A DNA stretch of 50,994 nucleotides from Candidatus Benthicola marisminoris (GCA_023554335.1 JAMJQR010000113.1:1-50994), one strand, 5' to 3'. Positions 1 to 9,392 are shown, counted from the stretch's first letter. The notes: generated by a model not told the origin, from the sequence alone. Made by a program: numbers and translations.

Positions 1-1644
1 GAGGGACCCGAGATGCGCTTCCACGGCGGGGCGCAGCTCGCGCGGGGCCTCCACCGCGTCGGCCAGGACGCCGACGACACCGTGTTCCGCTCCGAGATCG
101 TCCAGGAGATCGGCAACCACGGGAGGCAGGTCACGACCTTCCGCCAGCATCGAGGCAAGACCGGCCGCCACGGCCGCCGTCGACGCAATGTCGCTCTTCA
201 GCGCTCCGACCCGGTCCCTCTCCCGCCGGAGGCGCTCGCGCAATTCCTGGTCTGCCGCTCGTGCCTCGGCCACCTTGCGCTCGAGATCCGCGAGGGCATC
301 CGACTCCTGCCCTGCTGCCGCGTCGATCTCGTGGACTCGACGCTCCGCATCGGCAACTGTGTTCCGCAGTGCCTCGACTTCCTCTTCGCGGCGATCCAGC
401 TCCCGTTGCCACTCACGGGCACGCTCCCGAATCGCCTCGCCCTCGGCCTCGAGCGCTCCGGCCTCCCGAATGACCTGCGCGAGCTCTGCTAGCGCCGCCT
501 GCTCGCGTCCCTCGACCTTCTGACGATCGACGCGCAGGCTCTCCACGGCCGCTTCGAGCGCCTTCGCCACCGCGTCCCTGTCCCGGAGTTCACCCTCGGA
601 GGTCGCAATCTCCCCCTCGAGCCGCCGGGCTTCCTCCTCCAGGACCAGGCGCCGGCCCGCGATCCCCTGCAGCTCCACCCCGATGGCCTGGATCCGCCCC
701 TCAGCCGCGGAGACCCGTTCCGTGGAGAGGAGGCGTTCCCGCTCGAGCAGCTCGGCGCGGGTCCTCGTGCTCTCCAGGTCTGCGGCCACTGCCGAACGCT
801 CCCTCTCCCTCTCGACGAGCTGCAGCCTCAGGGTCTCGGCTTCCGTCTCCGCCCGGCGCAAGTGCGCCTCCTTCTCGGGCTGGCTGCGCTTCAGTGCGAG
901 GAGTTCCGCCTCCGCTTCCCCGAGCCGGACCTCCATCGAATCCAGGCGCGCCGCTGCCACGGCCACATCCAGCTGCAAGCGGCGCTCGCGAAGGTCTTCG
1001 TACTTCCTGGCTCTGCCGCGCTGGCGCCCGAGTGAACGCACTTTGCTGCGGACCTCGCCCAGCACGTCCTCCAGGCGGTCGAGGTCATGTTCTGCCTGGT
1101 CCAGGCGGCGCAGGGCCGTGCGGCGCCGGTCCTTGTAGCGTCCCACTTCGGCGGCTTCCTCGAACAGGGAACGCCGCTCCTCGGCGCGGTCCGAGAGGAT
1201 CGCGTCAATCATCCGCGCTTCGATGATCGAGTACGCGTTGGCCCCCAGGCCGGTATCCCGGCAGAGATCGTGGATATCCTTGAGCCTGCAGCTGGATCCG
1301 TTGAGCTGGTAGTCGGACTCGCCGCCGCGCAGGACCGTCCGGCCGATGACGACTTCCGGGTAGGGCACCGGAAGGACCCCGTCCTCGTTGGTCAGCGACA
1401 GCGCCACTTCCGCTCTGTGAATCGGCTTGCGGTGGGACGTCCCCTGGAAGATGGCTTCCTCCATCCGGCTCCCACGGATGGCCGTCGGCCTCTGCTCGCC
1501 GAGGACCCAGCGAAGCGCGTCCGAGATGTTCGACTTACCGCAACCGTTCGGGCCCACGATCGCCGTGATGCCCTCGTGCACCGAGATTTCCGTCCGATCG
1601 GCGAACGATTTGAATCCGTGCAGTGTGAGCTTCTTGATCTTCAA
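1..1644 (-). CDS. smc: Chromosome segregation protein SMC (N-terminal part; runs off the left edge)
   Basis: Not in the ORF track (no stop in window). Hand translation from TTG at 1644: MKIKKLTLHGFKSFADRT...IVGPNGCGKSNISDALRWVLGEQ (SMC Walker A), coiled coil RYKDRRRTALRRLDQAEHDLDRLEDVLGEV, and start of hinge GVVGVLADAV...AVEAHLG in the same frame at the window edge. Confidence 0.96.
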   Translation of the reverse strand, partial: MKIKKLTLHGFKSFADRTEISVHEGITAIVGPNGCGKSNISDALRWVLGEQRPTAIRGSRMEEAIFQGTSHRKPIHRAEVALSLTNEDGVLPVPYPEVVIGRTVLRGGESDYQLNGSSCRLKDIHDLCRDTGLGANAYSIIEARMIDAILSDRAEERRSLFEEAAEVGRYKDRRRTALRRLDQAEHDLDRLEDVLGEVRSKVRSLGRQRGRARKYEDLRERRLQLDVAVAAARLDSMEVRLGEAEAELLALKRSQPEKEAHLRRAETEAETLRLQLVERERERSAVAADLESTRTRAELLERERLLSTERVSAAEGRIQAIGVELQGIAGRRLVLEEEARRLEGEIATSEGELRDRDAVAKALEAAVESLRVDRQKVEGREQAALAELAQVIREAGALEAEGEAIRERAREWQRELDRREEEVEALRNTVADAERRVHEIDAAAGQESDALADLERKVAEARAADQELRERLRRERDRVGALKSDIASTAAVAAGLASMLAEGRDLPPVVADLLDDLGAEHGVVGVLADAVEAPRELRPAVEAHLGSL

Positions 1645-3077
1645 CTGGGCTCGCCTCTCCTGGCTACGAGCGTAACACCCAGACCCGCAGCAGAGAGAAT
1701 GCTGTCCGCGGGCGCGGAGGCCGCCTCGGATTCGTACGCCCCGGAGTAGAGTCGGTACGCTGCCTCGGTCGAATCGCCTACCGAAAGCACATAAGCGGGC
1801 AGCCCCGCCTCGTGCAAGCGGTCGCGCTCCGCGTCCGCATCCTCGCGAGATCGGTATTCACCCAGGGACAGCGCCCAGGTCGTCGGCCGCATGTCCCAAT
1901 CGCGCTCACGCTCTTTGATGCCATCCTCCACCAGGCGCGCCATGAGAGCCCGCGCCCCCTCCCGGTCCTCGAGGGCCCCGGCGAATACTCGGTAGTACAG
2001 CCGGCCGCGCACCGGGGTAGGGGCTACGAAGGCCAGTTCGCCCGCCCGCAAAACCTGGTTTCGTTTGGCCGCCGCGTCCTCCCAGGCAACCGAGCTCGCT
2101 ACCAGCACGGAATACGGGAGCTCGACCCCGACCTCCCCCGGCGGGGAGGTTTCGACGGCGCCGATCGCGGTGTCCTCTGCGGTCGCTTCCACAGGCTGCT
2201 CCCGCGGAGTGCCCGGGGGCGGCTGTGTCATCGTCGAGGCCTGCGAGGGCTCGTCCAGGTCCTCCTGGAAAGCCGGCCAGCCCGAGAGCCCCTGCCACAC
2301 CAGCCAGACCGCCAGGATCGCCGCCAGCCACACGACGACTACCCCTCCCGCACCCCGGAGGAAATCGCGCTGCCTCACCCTGGCGATCCATGCCGCCAGA
2401 CCGCCGGTTGGTCGCCTTGGCGCCCGGCTCTCGGCCACGATCGCCGGAGTGCCCTTCGCCCGGCTGAAGCCACCGGTGCCCGCCGTCGAGGGTCGGGCGG
2501 CAGGGCCGGCGCCAGAGGGAGAGGGAGTGACCTCGACGCGCGCCAGCACCCGGATCCCCGGTGGGACGCCAGCCGGTAGCCGATCCGTTCCGAGGAGGAC
2601 CAGCCCGTCGAATCCGGGACCGTCGTGGGCGGACAGGACCTGGATCAGCTCCGCCACCTGGTCCGCTTCAGCCACGAGCAGCAGGGTGCCACCGCGGCCC
2701 CCGGCGTCCAGAAGGTGCCGAAATGCCGGAGAACGGCCGAGGTCGGCGGCAGACATGGGGGTCGCACCCGCGGGAACCAGCAAAAAGGACCGTCCGGGCG
2801 GGTGCGCCGCCACGTCCTTCACACGACACTCGCCACGAACGACCTCGGACAGGCCTCGCCCGCCCTGCTCCAGGTCCGTGAGGTCCCCCGCTCCCGCAAC
2901 GTCGGTCGCCAGGCTGACCAGCAGCGTGCGTGGCCTGTGACTCGCGACCAGCTCCGCCATCTCGAGCGTCGCTCTGCCGGGACCGCCCTCGGCTTCCCGA
3001 GATACGACCAGCAGAACTCGACGCGCCGTCTCGGGCAACCAACCGAGGTCCGCCGCGGTGCCGTCGCTCTCGATCAT
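1641..3077 (-). CDS. Membrane protein: degenerate CpsD/MinD-like N-terminal domain, one TM helix, two C-terminal SPOR domains
   Basis: TM VVVVWLAAILAVWLVWQGL; SPOR-like repeats YSVLVASS...YYRVFAGAL..REGA and WALSLGEYRSREDA...YRLYSGAYES; N-terminus resembles the BY-kinase fold (LLVVS, TLLVS, GLSEVVRG, LLVPAGATP). Stop overlaps the smc start (TTGA). Confidence 0.75.
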   Translation of the reverse strand: MIESDGTAADLGWLPETARRVLLVVSREAEGGPGRATLEMAELVASHRPRTLLVSLATDVAGAGDLTDLEQGGRGLSEVVRGECRVKDVAAHPPGRSFLLVPAGATPMSAADLGRSPAFRHLLDAGGRGGTLLLVAEADQVAELIQVLSAHDGPGFDGLVLLGTDRLPAGVPPGIRVLARVEVTPSPSGAGPAARPSTAGTGGFSRAKGTPAIVAESRAPRRPTGGLAAWIARVRQRDFLRGAGGVVVVWLAAILAVWLVWQGLSGWPAFQEDLDEPSQASTMTQPPPGTPREQPVEATAEDTAIGAVETSPPGEVGVELPYSVLVASSVAWEDAAAKRNQVLRAGELAFVAPTPVRGRLYYRVFAGALEDREGARALMARLVEDGIKERERDWDMRPTTWALSLGEYRSREDADAERDRLHEAGLPAYVLSVGDSTEAAYRLYSGAYESEAASAPADSILSAAGLGVTLVARRGEPS

Positions 3078-3096
3078 CTTTCCCGCTCGATCAGGG

Positions 3097-4647
3097 CTAC
3101 TCCTCCTGCGTCCGGCGAGCGGCGGCGACCTCGGTGACCCACGCTTCCAGCCGTCGTTCCCTCAAGAGCTGTCGCGCGGCGGCCTCGGCCTCAGAGCGCG
3201 ACCGATACGGACCGACCAGCCCTCGGAACCACGTGCGTCCCGCTTCATCGGGGAAGCTCTGGACCTGGGTCGCGAAACCCGCCTGCTCCAGCGACTGAAC
3301 GAGATCGCGAATCCCCCCGGACTGCCTGGCCGATCCCACGATCGCGTAGAAGCCGGGAGGGGGGCCGGGCGCAGCCGGCGCCATCTGCCGGTCTCTCAGA
3401 CCGGGCACGATTTCCTCCGCGGCCGCCGAGTCTGGGCCCGCGACCTCGGCAGGGGGAACGGCCGGTTCTTCCGCCTCGCCCGTCAGACGGTCCGCAGTGA
3501 CGGTGGCCCGGGCCGGGTTCCACTGCATCGGAAGCCACCATCGTTCGCCGCCGGCGTCATCCACCACGGTAGCGGTCCCCGAGGCGCCTCCGGCCATGAC
3601 CACCGCCCCGTCCGAGACGGCCAGCACCGCACCTCCGGGGAGTCCAATGGGAAGGTCCGGCCGCCACTCGGCGGGAACTCGAGCTGCAGCTCCACCCCCG
3701 ACCGGCAGACGGGAGACCCGGTCACCCTGAGCCACGAGTATTCCCTCGCCAAACAGCGTCGGCCGCATGTTGGAGGTCGAAACGGCGAGATCCGCGATCG
3801 TACGGCTCGTGAGATTGAACCGGTTGACCGCGACCACGCGCGGCGGATCGTCCAGCGCCAGATAGATCTCATGCGTCGAGGGCGACGTGGACATCGCCGT
3901 AATCGGCGACCCGAGGTCCAAACTTCCCGCGCGTTCGATGGGCGACACGGTGAAGACCTCGATGGCCTGCTGTGCGGCCGTCGTGAACACGGCTCGGCGG
4001 CCCCACGCGGTCACGATGCCCGGCGCGCGCGCATCCGCCGTCCCGGTCTCGACCGGCGCGTCCTCGTCTCTTCGCAGAAGCCAGATCTCCCGCTGGCCGG
4101 TGTCCGCCTCCAGGGCCACCAAAACTCCGCCCTCGGCGGGAGAAGCCCACGCGACCTGCCGCTCCATGGAATAGCGCCATACACCCTCGGGGGCGATCTC
4201 GACCAGCGAGCCGTCCGCTCCCACGTAGAGCCCAACCGACCGGTCCCCCGCCCAGGTGGCCTCGGACGGGACCTCGCCCACCTGAAGCAGCAGGTCGGAC
4301 TCGGGATCGTAGGAATGGAGGGTCCCCTCGGCAGTACGGAGGATGATCCGGCCGCCCCGCAGCGTGTGCGCGTCGACAGAGGCCGGCAGCTCAGTGCGCC
4401 CCGTCCAGACCACACGCTCCGGATCCGTCAGATCTCGGGCTTCCGCGACGCCTCCAGCGATGGGCAGGCTGACGAGGCTCCATTGATCCGCCGTGCTGCC
4501 TACGACCAGGTTAACGCCACGCGGGGCTGCCTCCGGAGGAAGCTCCGTAGAGTCGGGCGCCGTGTCGCACCCGCTCATCAGGACCGCGGTCAGCAGCGCG
4601 GCGCCACGCAGGGCGGCACGCTGGATCCAGCACGGAGTCTGCTTCAA
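3097..4647 (-). CDS. Predicted lipoprotein with beta-rich N-terminal region and C-terminal SPOR domain
   Basis: TTG start at 4647 after AGAGGAAG; signal peptide ending LTAVLMSG-C (lipobox-like); C-terminal FYAIVGSAR...WFRGLVGPYRSRSEAEAAARQL is a typical SPOR domain. Confidence 0.75.
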   Translation of the reverse strand: MKQTPCWIQRAALRGAALLTAVLMSGCDTAPDSTELPPEAAPRGVNLVVGSTADQWSLVSLPIAGGVAEARDLTDPERVVWTGRTELPASVDAHTLRGGRIILRTAEGTLHSYDPESDLLLQVGEVPSEATWAGDRSVGLYVGADGSLVEIAPEGVWRYSMERQVAWASPAEGGVLVALEADTGQREIWLLRRDEDAPVETGTADARAPGIVTAWGRRAVFTTAAQQAIEVFTVSPIERAGSLDLGSPITAMSTSPSTHEIYLALDDPPRVVAVNRFNLTSRTIADLAVSTSNMRPTLFGEGILVAQGDRVSRLPVGGGAAARVPAEWRPDLPIGLPGGAVLAVSDGAVVMAGGASGTATVVDDAGGERWWLPMQWNPARATVTADRLTGEAEEPAVPPAEVAGPDSAAAEEIVPGLRDRQMAPAAPGPPPGFYAIVGSARQSGGIRDLVQSLEQAGFATQVQSFPDEAGRTWFRGLVGPYRSRSEAEAAARQLLRERRLEAWVTEVAAARRTQEE

Positions 4648-4657
4648 AGCTCTTCCT

Positions 4658-5002
4658 CTATTCCACGGCCAGAGCCGGGGCATCTCCCCAGAGCCGTTCC
4701 AGCTCATAGTAGTCTCGTACCCGTGGCAGGAACACGTGGACCACGAGCGTGATGTAGTCGAGTAGAATCCACGTCGCCGCCGACTTTCCCTCGACGCCGG
4801 CGGGCCGATAGCCCGACGCTCGCAGGCGCTCCAGAATGTTGTCCGCGATGGCCCTTGAATGCGTGTCTGAGTCGCCGCTCGCGATGAGGAACCAGTCCGT
4901 TGCGTCCGAGAGGCCCCTCAGGTCCATCAACAAAGGCTCCCGGGCGTTACGCTCGAGGGCGGCCTCGACGGCCAACACCACCTCCGGCGGACGCTGCTCC
5001 AT
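4658..5002 (-). CDS. rsfS: Ribosome silencing factor RsfS (Iojap)
   Basis: DLRGLSDATDWFLIASG, WILLDY, VHVF..RDYYELERLW motifs; start moved to ATG 5002 (MEQRPPEV). Confidence 0.95.
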   Translation of the reverse strand: MEQRPPEVVLAVEAALERNAREPLLMDLRGLSDATDWFLIASGDSDTHSRAIADNILERLRASGYRPAGVEGKSAATWILLDYITLVVHVFLPRVRDYYELERLWGDAPALAVE

Positions 5003-5122
5003 CGCCTTTCCCGTCTCATTCCGGCTGTTCGACACGCAACCTCTCCAGTGGTGGATGGAACCGTCGCTGCGAGAGAGAGTCTCGTCTCTCGCAATCGGGC
5101 CGTCCATGTGCTGGGAATCGAC

Positions 5123-6988
5123 TCACTCTTCCACCTGGTAGGCAACCGCCCAGGCTCCCGGGCCCGTGTGCACCGCCAGCGATGCGTTCGTGGGGGCGCT
5201 GAGTATTTCGACCGGATCGAAGCGCGCCTCCATCTCGCTGACCAGGGCCGCGGCCACATCGGGAACGGCAAAATGGGACACCCCAAGTCGATACCGGCTG
5301 GCGCCGGCGAGGCGTTCTTCCAGCAGCAGCATGACCTGCTCGAGCAGACCTTCCGTACCCCTCGCGGTTCCCGCCTTGATCACCCGACCCTTGTCGTCCA
5401 GCGAGAGGATCGGCTTGAGGTCGAGCAGACCACCGAGCCAGGCCTTGGCTCTCCCGACCCGGCCGGAGCGCAGAAGGTACTCGAACGTGTTCACCGTGAG
5501 GAAGATGTTGGACCGATCCCGAACGGCCCGCACTTCCGCTGCCACCTCCTCGAGGCTGTGGCCATCGTCCAGGAGCTCCACCGCCCGCGCCACCAGGAGG
5601 CCCACGCCGAGCGAGCCCGACCGGGAGTCGATCGCCTCCGACGGCACATCGAACTCCCTCATCGCCGCCGCCGCCGACCCGTACGTCCCTGAGAGCCCCC
5701 CACTGACGAAGATCCCCAGCAGCTCCTCGGCCCCGCGTTCGAGGGCCATTCGGTATCGGTCCACGAACACGGAAGGCGCGGGCTGCGACGTAGTCGGAGA
5801 CGGAGAGCCCGGAGTCGTCATGAAATCCTTGAGCGCTTCTCCGGTCAGGTCGACGCCATCGCGATAGGTCTCATCGCCCACCATCACCTGGAGCGGTACG
5901 ACGGTTACCCCGTGCCGCTCCGCCCACTCGTGCGGAAGATCCGCGGCCGAGTCCGTCACTACCGCGACGTGCCGGCCGGCCCCGACCAGATGAGTGTCCT
6001 CGATTACCTCCGACACGATCTCGCCAAACCCGCTAAGAAGAGCGCGGACGGCCTCGGGCTCATCCGCGTGGATGTGCACCTTGGCCACGCTTCCGGTCCG
6101 GATCACGATCGTGGACGTTCCCATCTCCTGCAGTGTCCGGCGCAGCTCATCCGACTCAGGGACGCCCTCCCCCCGAACTGCAATCTGCGTACAGAAACGG
6201 CCCTCGTTCGCTCCGTATCCGGCCTCGCGGGCGACATACAGCGACGGTCGGTCTGCTCCGTGCGTACGCTCCAGCGGCGCTTCGTAGATCACGTCTCCCG
6301 GCGCGTGACCCTCGATGTAATGGACGACGCCCTGAAAGAAGGACACGAAGCCCTTGGCTCCGGCGTCCACGACGTCGGCCTCCCTCAGCACCGGCAGCAG
6401 GTCTTTGGTCCGCTGCAGCGACCGCTCGGCGGCCGACTGCAGATCCCGCAACCACAGATACATGTCCTGTCGGGAGTGGGCTCGACGTTTCGCCTCTGAT
6501 GCGAGGTCCCGGGCCACGGTGATGATCGTGCCTTCCCGGGGATCCTCGAGAACATCGTGAAGAGACTCGGCGGCCACGGAAAGGGCTTCCGCGATGTCCC
6601 TGGGGCCTACCCGGAGGCGGCGGCCGATGCTCTCCGAGAAGCCCAGAAGGTACCGGGAAAAGAGCATACCCGAATTGCCACGAGCCCCAAGCACACCGGC
6701 TTCGGCCGCGACCCCGGCCACCTCCGCGAACGAATCGCTGCGCACGCTTCGAACCGCGTCCGAGATGGACCGCAGAGTAAGCGTGAGGTTCGTGCCGGTG
6801 TCACCGTCCGGGACCGGGAAGACGTTGATCCGGTCGAGCTCCGCTCGCTGGCGGCCCACATAAGCCGCACCGGCGAGGAACCCCCGTCGAAGGCGGTGGC
6901 CGTCGAGATACGCGATGCGGACGCGTGGACGCTCTCCTGCCAACACAGGATCAGGGCCTCTCGTCTGGGACTCAGAGTGGTGGCTCAA
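5123..6988 (-). CDS. DAK2 (FakA-like) - DegV (FakB-like) fusion, putative single-chain fatty acid kinase
   Basis: INVFPVPDGDTGTN, GARGNSG, EGTIITV, VVDAGAKG (DAK2); KVHIH; VTDSAADLP, PTTSQP, SGTY, LLRSGRVG, HTGPG (DegV). Confidence 0.92.
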   Translation of the reverse strand: MSHHSESQTRGPDPVLAGERPRVRIAYLDGHRLRRGFLAGAAYVGRQRAELDRINVFPVPDGDTGTNLTLTLRSISDAVRSVRSDSFAEVAGVAAEAGVLGARGNSGMLFSRYLLGFSESIGRRLRVGPRDIAEALSVAAESLHDVLEDPREGTIITVARDLASEAKRRAHSRQDMYLWLRDLQSAAERSLQRTKDLLPVLREADVVDAGAKGFVSFFQGVVHYIEGHAPGDVIYEAPLERTHGADRPSLYVAREAGYGANEGRFCTQIAVRGEGVPESDELRRTLQEMGTSTIVIRTGSVAKVHIHADEPEAVRALLSGFGEIVSEVIEDTHLVGAGRHVAVVTDSAADLPHEWAERHGVTVVPLQVMVGDETYRDGVDLTGEALKDFMTTPGSPSPTTSQPAPSVFVDRYRMALERGAEELLGIFVSGGLSGTYGSAAAAMREFDVPSEAIDSRSGSLGVGLLVARAVELLDDGHSLEEVAAEVRAVRDRSNIFLTVNTFEYLLRSGRVGRAKAWLGGLLDLKPILSLDDKGRVIKAGTARGTEGLLEQVMLLLEERLAGASRYRLGVSHFAVPDVAAALVSEMEARFDPVEILSAPTNASLAVHTGPGAWAVAYQVEE

Positions 6989-7047
6989 CCCCGGATTCCT
7001 CCAGTATCGAGGGCGGGGATCCCGCCCGCCTCAGGCCAGCGCAGGGA

Positions 7048-7518
7048 TCAGCTCTCGTCTTCACCCTCCGCGACGACCCACACCGTCACTTCGGGCCGCA
7101 CTTCTGCGTGCAGCCGAACCGTGACCTTGTACACACCGAGCTGCTTGATCGGCTCCTCGAGACGGATCAGATGCCTGTCCACCTCGAGCCCCTTCTCCGC
7201 AAGCGCTTCCGAGATGTCCGAAGCGGTCACCGAGCCGAAGAGCTTCCCTTCCTCCCCGGCGCGGACCGTGAAGCTAACCGATTGCCCCTCGATGCGCTCT
7301 GCGGCTGCCTTTGCTCGATCGAGCTCCCGCGCGGAGCGTTCCAGAATGTGACGGCGCTCCTCTTCGAAGCGCGCCTGGTTCGCATCCGTCGCCTCGTAGG
7401 CAATGCCCTGGGGAATAAGGAAGTTTCGAGCATAGCCCGGCTTCACGTCGACCACCTCGCCGATGTCGCCGAGATCGTCGACCGCCTGTCTCAGTATTAC
7501 CTGTACCATGTCCGCCAC
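7048..7518 (-). CDS. rplI: 50S ribosomal protein L9
   Basis: LGDIGEVVDVKPGYARNFLIPQG, KLFGSVT, PIKQLG motifs. Confidence 0.98.
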   Translation of the reverse strand: MADMVQVILRQAVDDLGDIGEVVDVKPGYARNFLIPQGIAYEATDANQARFEEERRHILERSARELDRAKAAAERIEGQSVSFTVRAGEEGKLFGSVTASDISEALAEKGLEVDRHLIRLEEPIKQLGVYKVTVRLHAEVRPEVTVWVVAEGEDES

Positions 7519-7573
7519 CCTTTACCTTGCATATCCAGCCGCTCCCGACGTATTGGCGCCGGCAGCGGCGCGT

Positions 7574-8518
7574 CTAAAGATCGTGGTCCGCGCTCGACCG
7601 CGACAGCCTCGCCCTGAGATCGACCCAGGTATCGCTGAGGCCGAGAACCAGGGCGGTCCCGAGGACCACGGGATACAGGAGTACCGCCGCCAGGGTCAGC
7701 AATATACCGCTCCACACCGAAGTAGCGGCGGCAGCGCCGATCCACATCAGAATCGCCACGCCCCTGAGGAGATACAGCCCGCCCATGAACAGTGTCGCAT
7801 TCTCACCCACCTGAAAAGCCATCCGCCCGAGAGGGAGAACGAGCAGCAACAGCCCCCCGATCAACAGCCAGACCAGATGGTGGCTGAAGCGAAAGTCGCG
7901 GATCGCGCGCGGGCTCTGGAAGCGGCCTGACAGCCTCTCGAAGCCGAACCAGGCCACACCGAGACCCGCCGCGGTAGCGAGCGACAGCATCGCCGGATAC
8001 ACATCCTGTTGGAACCCGACCCAGCGTTGTACGGCCGCCTGCAAGCGGTCGCGGACCTCGGGATCCGCGCTACCCTGCAGCTGCTCGAGTATGTTACCGG
8101 CCACGAGAGATGCCTGGCGGATCTCGCCCACCATCCACCAGTTGACTCCCTCGATCACCCCCGGTCGTACGATTCCGATCAGCAGCACCACGGCCGCCCC
8201 CACGACGATGGTCCAGAGCACGCGATCTAGCAGCCCTTCCAACTTCGTGAACGCCGTGACCGCCACGAACGCTCCCCCGGCGATCAGGCTCCAGGCCCGT
8301 GGAACGTACCACTCCATGCCGCCCGGGCGGCTGCCGGCGAAGGCGAGGCCCAGCACGACCGCGGCGACGGCCACGCTGAGCCAGTCATCGGACCGGAAAG
8401 CGAGAAGAAGCAGCGCGAACGGGACGAATACGAGCCAGATCGGACTGATGGGCGACAGCATGACTGTCACCATCACCAGCAGCGCCGCTCGAGTCAGCGT
8501 CCACCCGCGCTCGGTCAC
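7574..8518 (-). CDS. DUF2232/YybS-family membrane protein
   Basis: Multi-TM protein ending LGLSDTWVDLR, located between rpsR and rplI as yybS is in other bacteria; GTG start at 8518 chosen to avoid overlap with rpsR. Confidence 0.8.
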   Translation of the reverse strand: MTERGWTLTRAALLVMVTVMLSPISPIWLVFVPFALLLLAFRSDDWLSVAVAAVVLGLAFAGSRPGGMEWYVPRAWSLIAGGAFVAVTAFTKLEGLLDRVLWTIVVGAAVVLLIGIVRPGVIEGVNWWMVGEIRQASLVAGNILEQLQGSADPEVRDRLQAAVQRWVGFQQDVYPAMLSLATAAGLGVAWFGFERLSGRFQSPRAIRDFRFSHHLVWLLIGGLLLLVLPLGRMAFQVGENATLFMGGLYLLRGVAILMWIGAAAATSVWSGILLTLAAVLLYPVVLGTALVLGLSDTWVDLRARLSRSSADHDL

Positions 8519-8549
8519 TAGATCGAGGCCTTTCCCCCGCCGTTCTGGC

Positions 8550-8768
8550 TCAGGAGTAGTAGCCCTGGATGTACGGGACGAGGGCCAGATAGCGTGCCCT
8601 CTTGATCGCTGTACCCAGCTGGCGCTGGTGACGGGCACACGTACCCGTCGCACGCCGCGGGAGGATCTTGCCGCGGTCGGTGATCAGGCGACCAAGCGTA
8701 TCGGCATCCTTATAGTCGATCCGCTCCACGTTTCGCTCGCAGAACTTACATACTTTTCGGAAAGCCAT
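8550..8768 (-). CDS. rpsR: 30S ribosomal protein S18 (zinc-binding C+ form)
   Basis: CKFC...IDYKD...[29 protein letters not shown]. Confidence 0.98.
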   Translation of the reverse strand: MAFRKVCKFCERNVERIDYKDADTLGRLITDRGKILPRRATGTCARHQRQLGTAIKRARYLALVPYIQGYYS

Positions 8769-9341
8769 CTATCGATCCTCCTCTTCTTCGTCACCCGTGT
8801 CCTCAGCGGCGGCGTCGCCTTCACCATCGTGAGCGGCGGCGTCGGCTTCGCCGGCCTCGGCGTCTTCGGCCTCGGCGTCGTCGCTCCCAGTTTCGTCGTC
8901 GGCCGCGTCATCGCCTGTGTCGTCCGCATCACCGTCTTCGGCCGCATCCGCTCCATTGTCCTCCGCGTCCGGCTTCGGCTGGTCGTCACCGCGCTTGTCG
9001 CGGTCACCGTCGCGGCGGTCGTCGCGGTCGTCCACGGCCGGCATGGGAAGCTCACCTTCCGAGAGCACGACGAGATGGCGCAGGAGATCCTCGTCCAGCT
9101 TGAGAACGCGCTCGTAGTCGGGCAGAACGGTGGGAGATGCGGTGAACTGGGTCACCACGTAGTAGCCGTTGTCGTTGCGGTCGATGGGATAGGCAAGCTG
9201 GCGCTTGCCCCAGTGCTCGACTGCTGTGATCTCACTTCCATCGGAGGCGAGGATCTTCGCATGATAGCCCTCGAGCCGGGCCTCGATCTCTTCGGTCGTC
9301 AGGGACGACTTGAAGATGTACACGACTTCATAGTCCCGCAT
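8769..9341 (-). CDS. rpsF: 30S ribosomal protein S6 with long acidic C-terminal tail
   Basis: MRDYEVVYIF, HWGKRQLAYPI, GYYV, LLRHLV; ATG 9341 preceded by AAGGAG. Confidence 0.97.
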   Translation of the reverse strand: MRDYEVVYIFKSSLTTEEIEARLEGYHAKILASDGSEITAVEHWGKRQLAYPIDRNDNGYYVVTQFTASPTVLPDYERVLKLDEDLLRHLVVLSEGELPMPAVDDRDDRRDGDRDKRGDDQPKPDAEDNGADAAEDGDADDTGDDAADDETGSDDAEAEDAEAGEADAAAHDGEGDAAAEDTGDEEEEDR

Positions 9342-9348
9342 TACGTCG

Positions 9349-9392
9349 CTCCTTCGGTCTGAGTCGGCCACGGGCATGTCCCGCGGCAGGAG
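9349..9392 (-). promoter_or_regulatory. S6:S18 (rpsF leader) autoregulatory RNA element
   Basis: mRNA reads CUCCU-GCCGCGGG-ACAUG-CCCGUGGC-CG-ACUCAGACCGA-AGGAG: inner hairpin, CCG motif at its 3' base, and CUCCU able to pair with the AGGAG SD, matching the described rpsF-leader architecture. Confidence 0.8.

Noticed and set aside
3058-4752. Long opposite-strand or alternate-frame ORFs (e.g. 3058-4752 +, 8091-9362 +, 23473-24699 +, 32768-34750 -, 35993-37276 +)
   Set aside because: Shadow ORFs typical of high-GC DNA; they overlap well-supported genes and show no protein motifs.
5068-5093. 9-bp hairpin TGCGAGAGA/TCTCTCGCA upstream of rsfS as a REP or regulatory RNA
   Set aside because: Single copy in the window, low-complexity arms and no further support.
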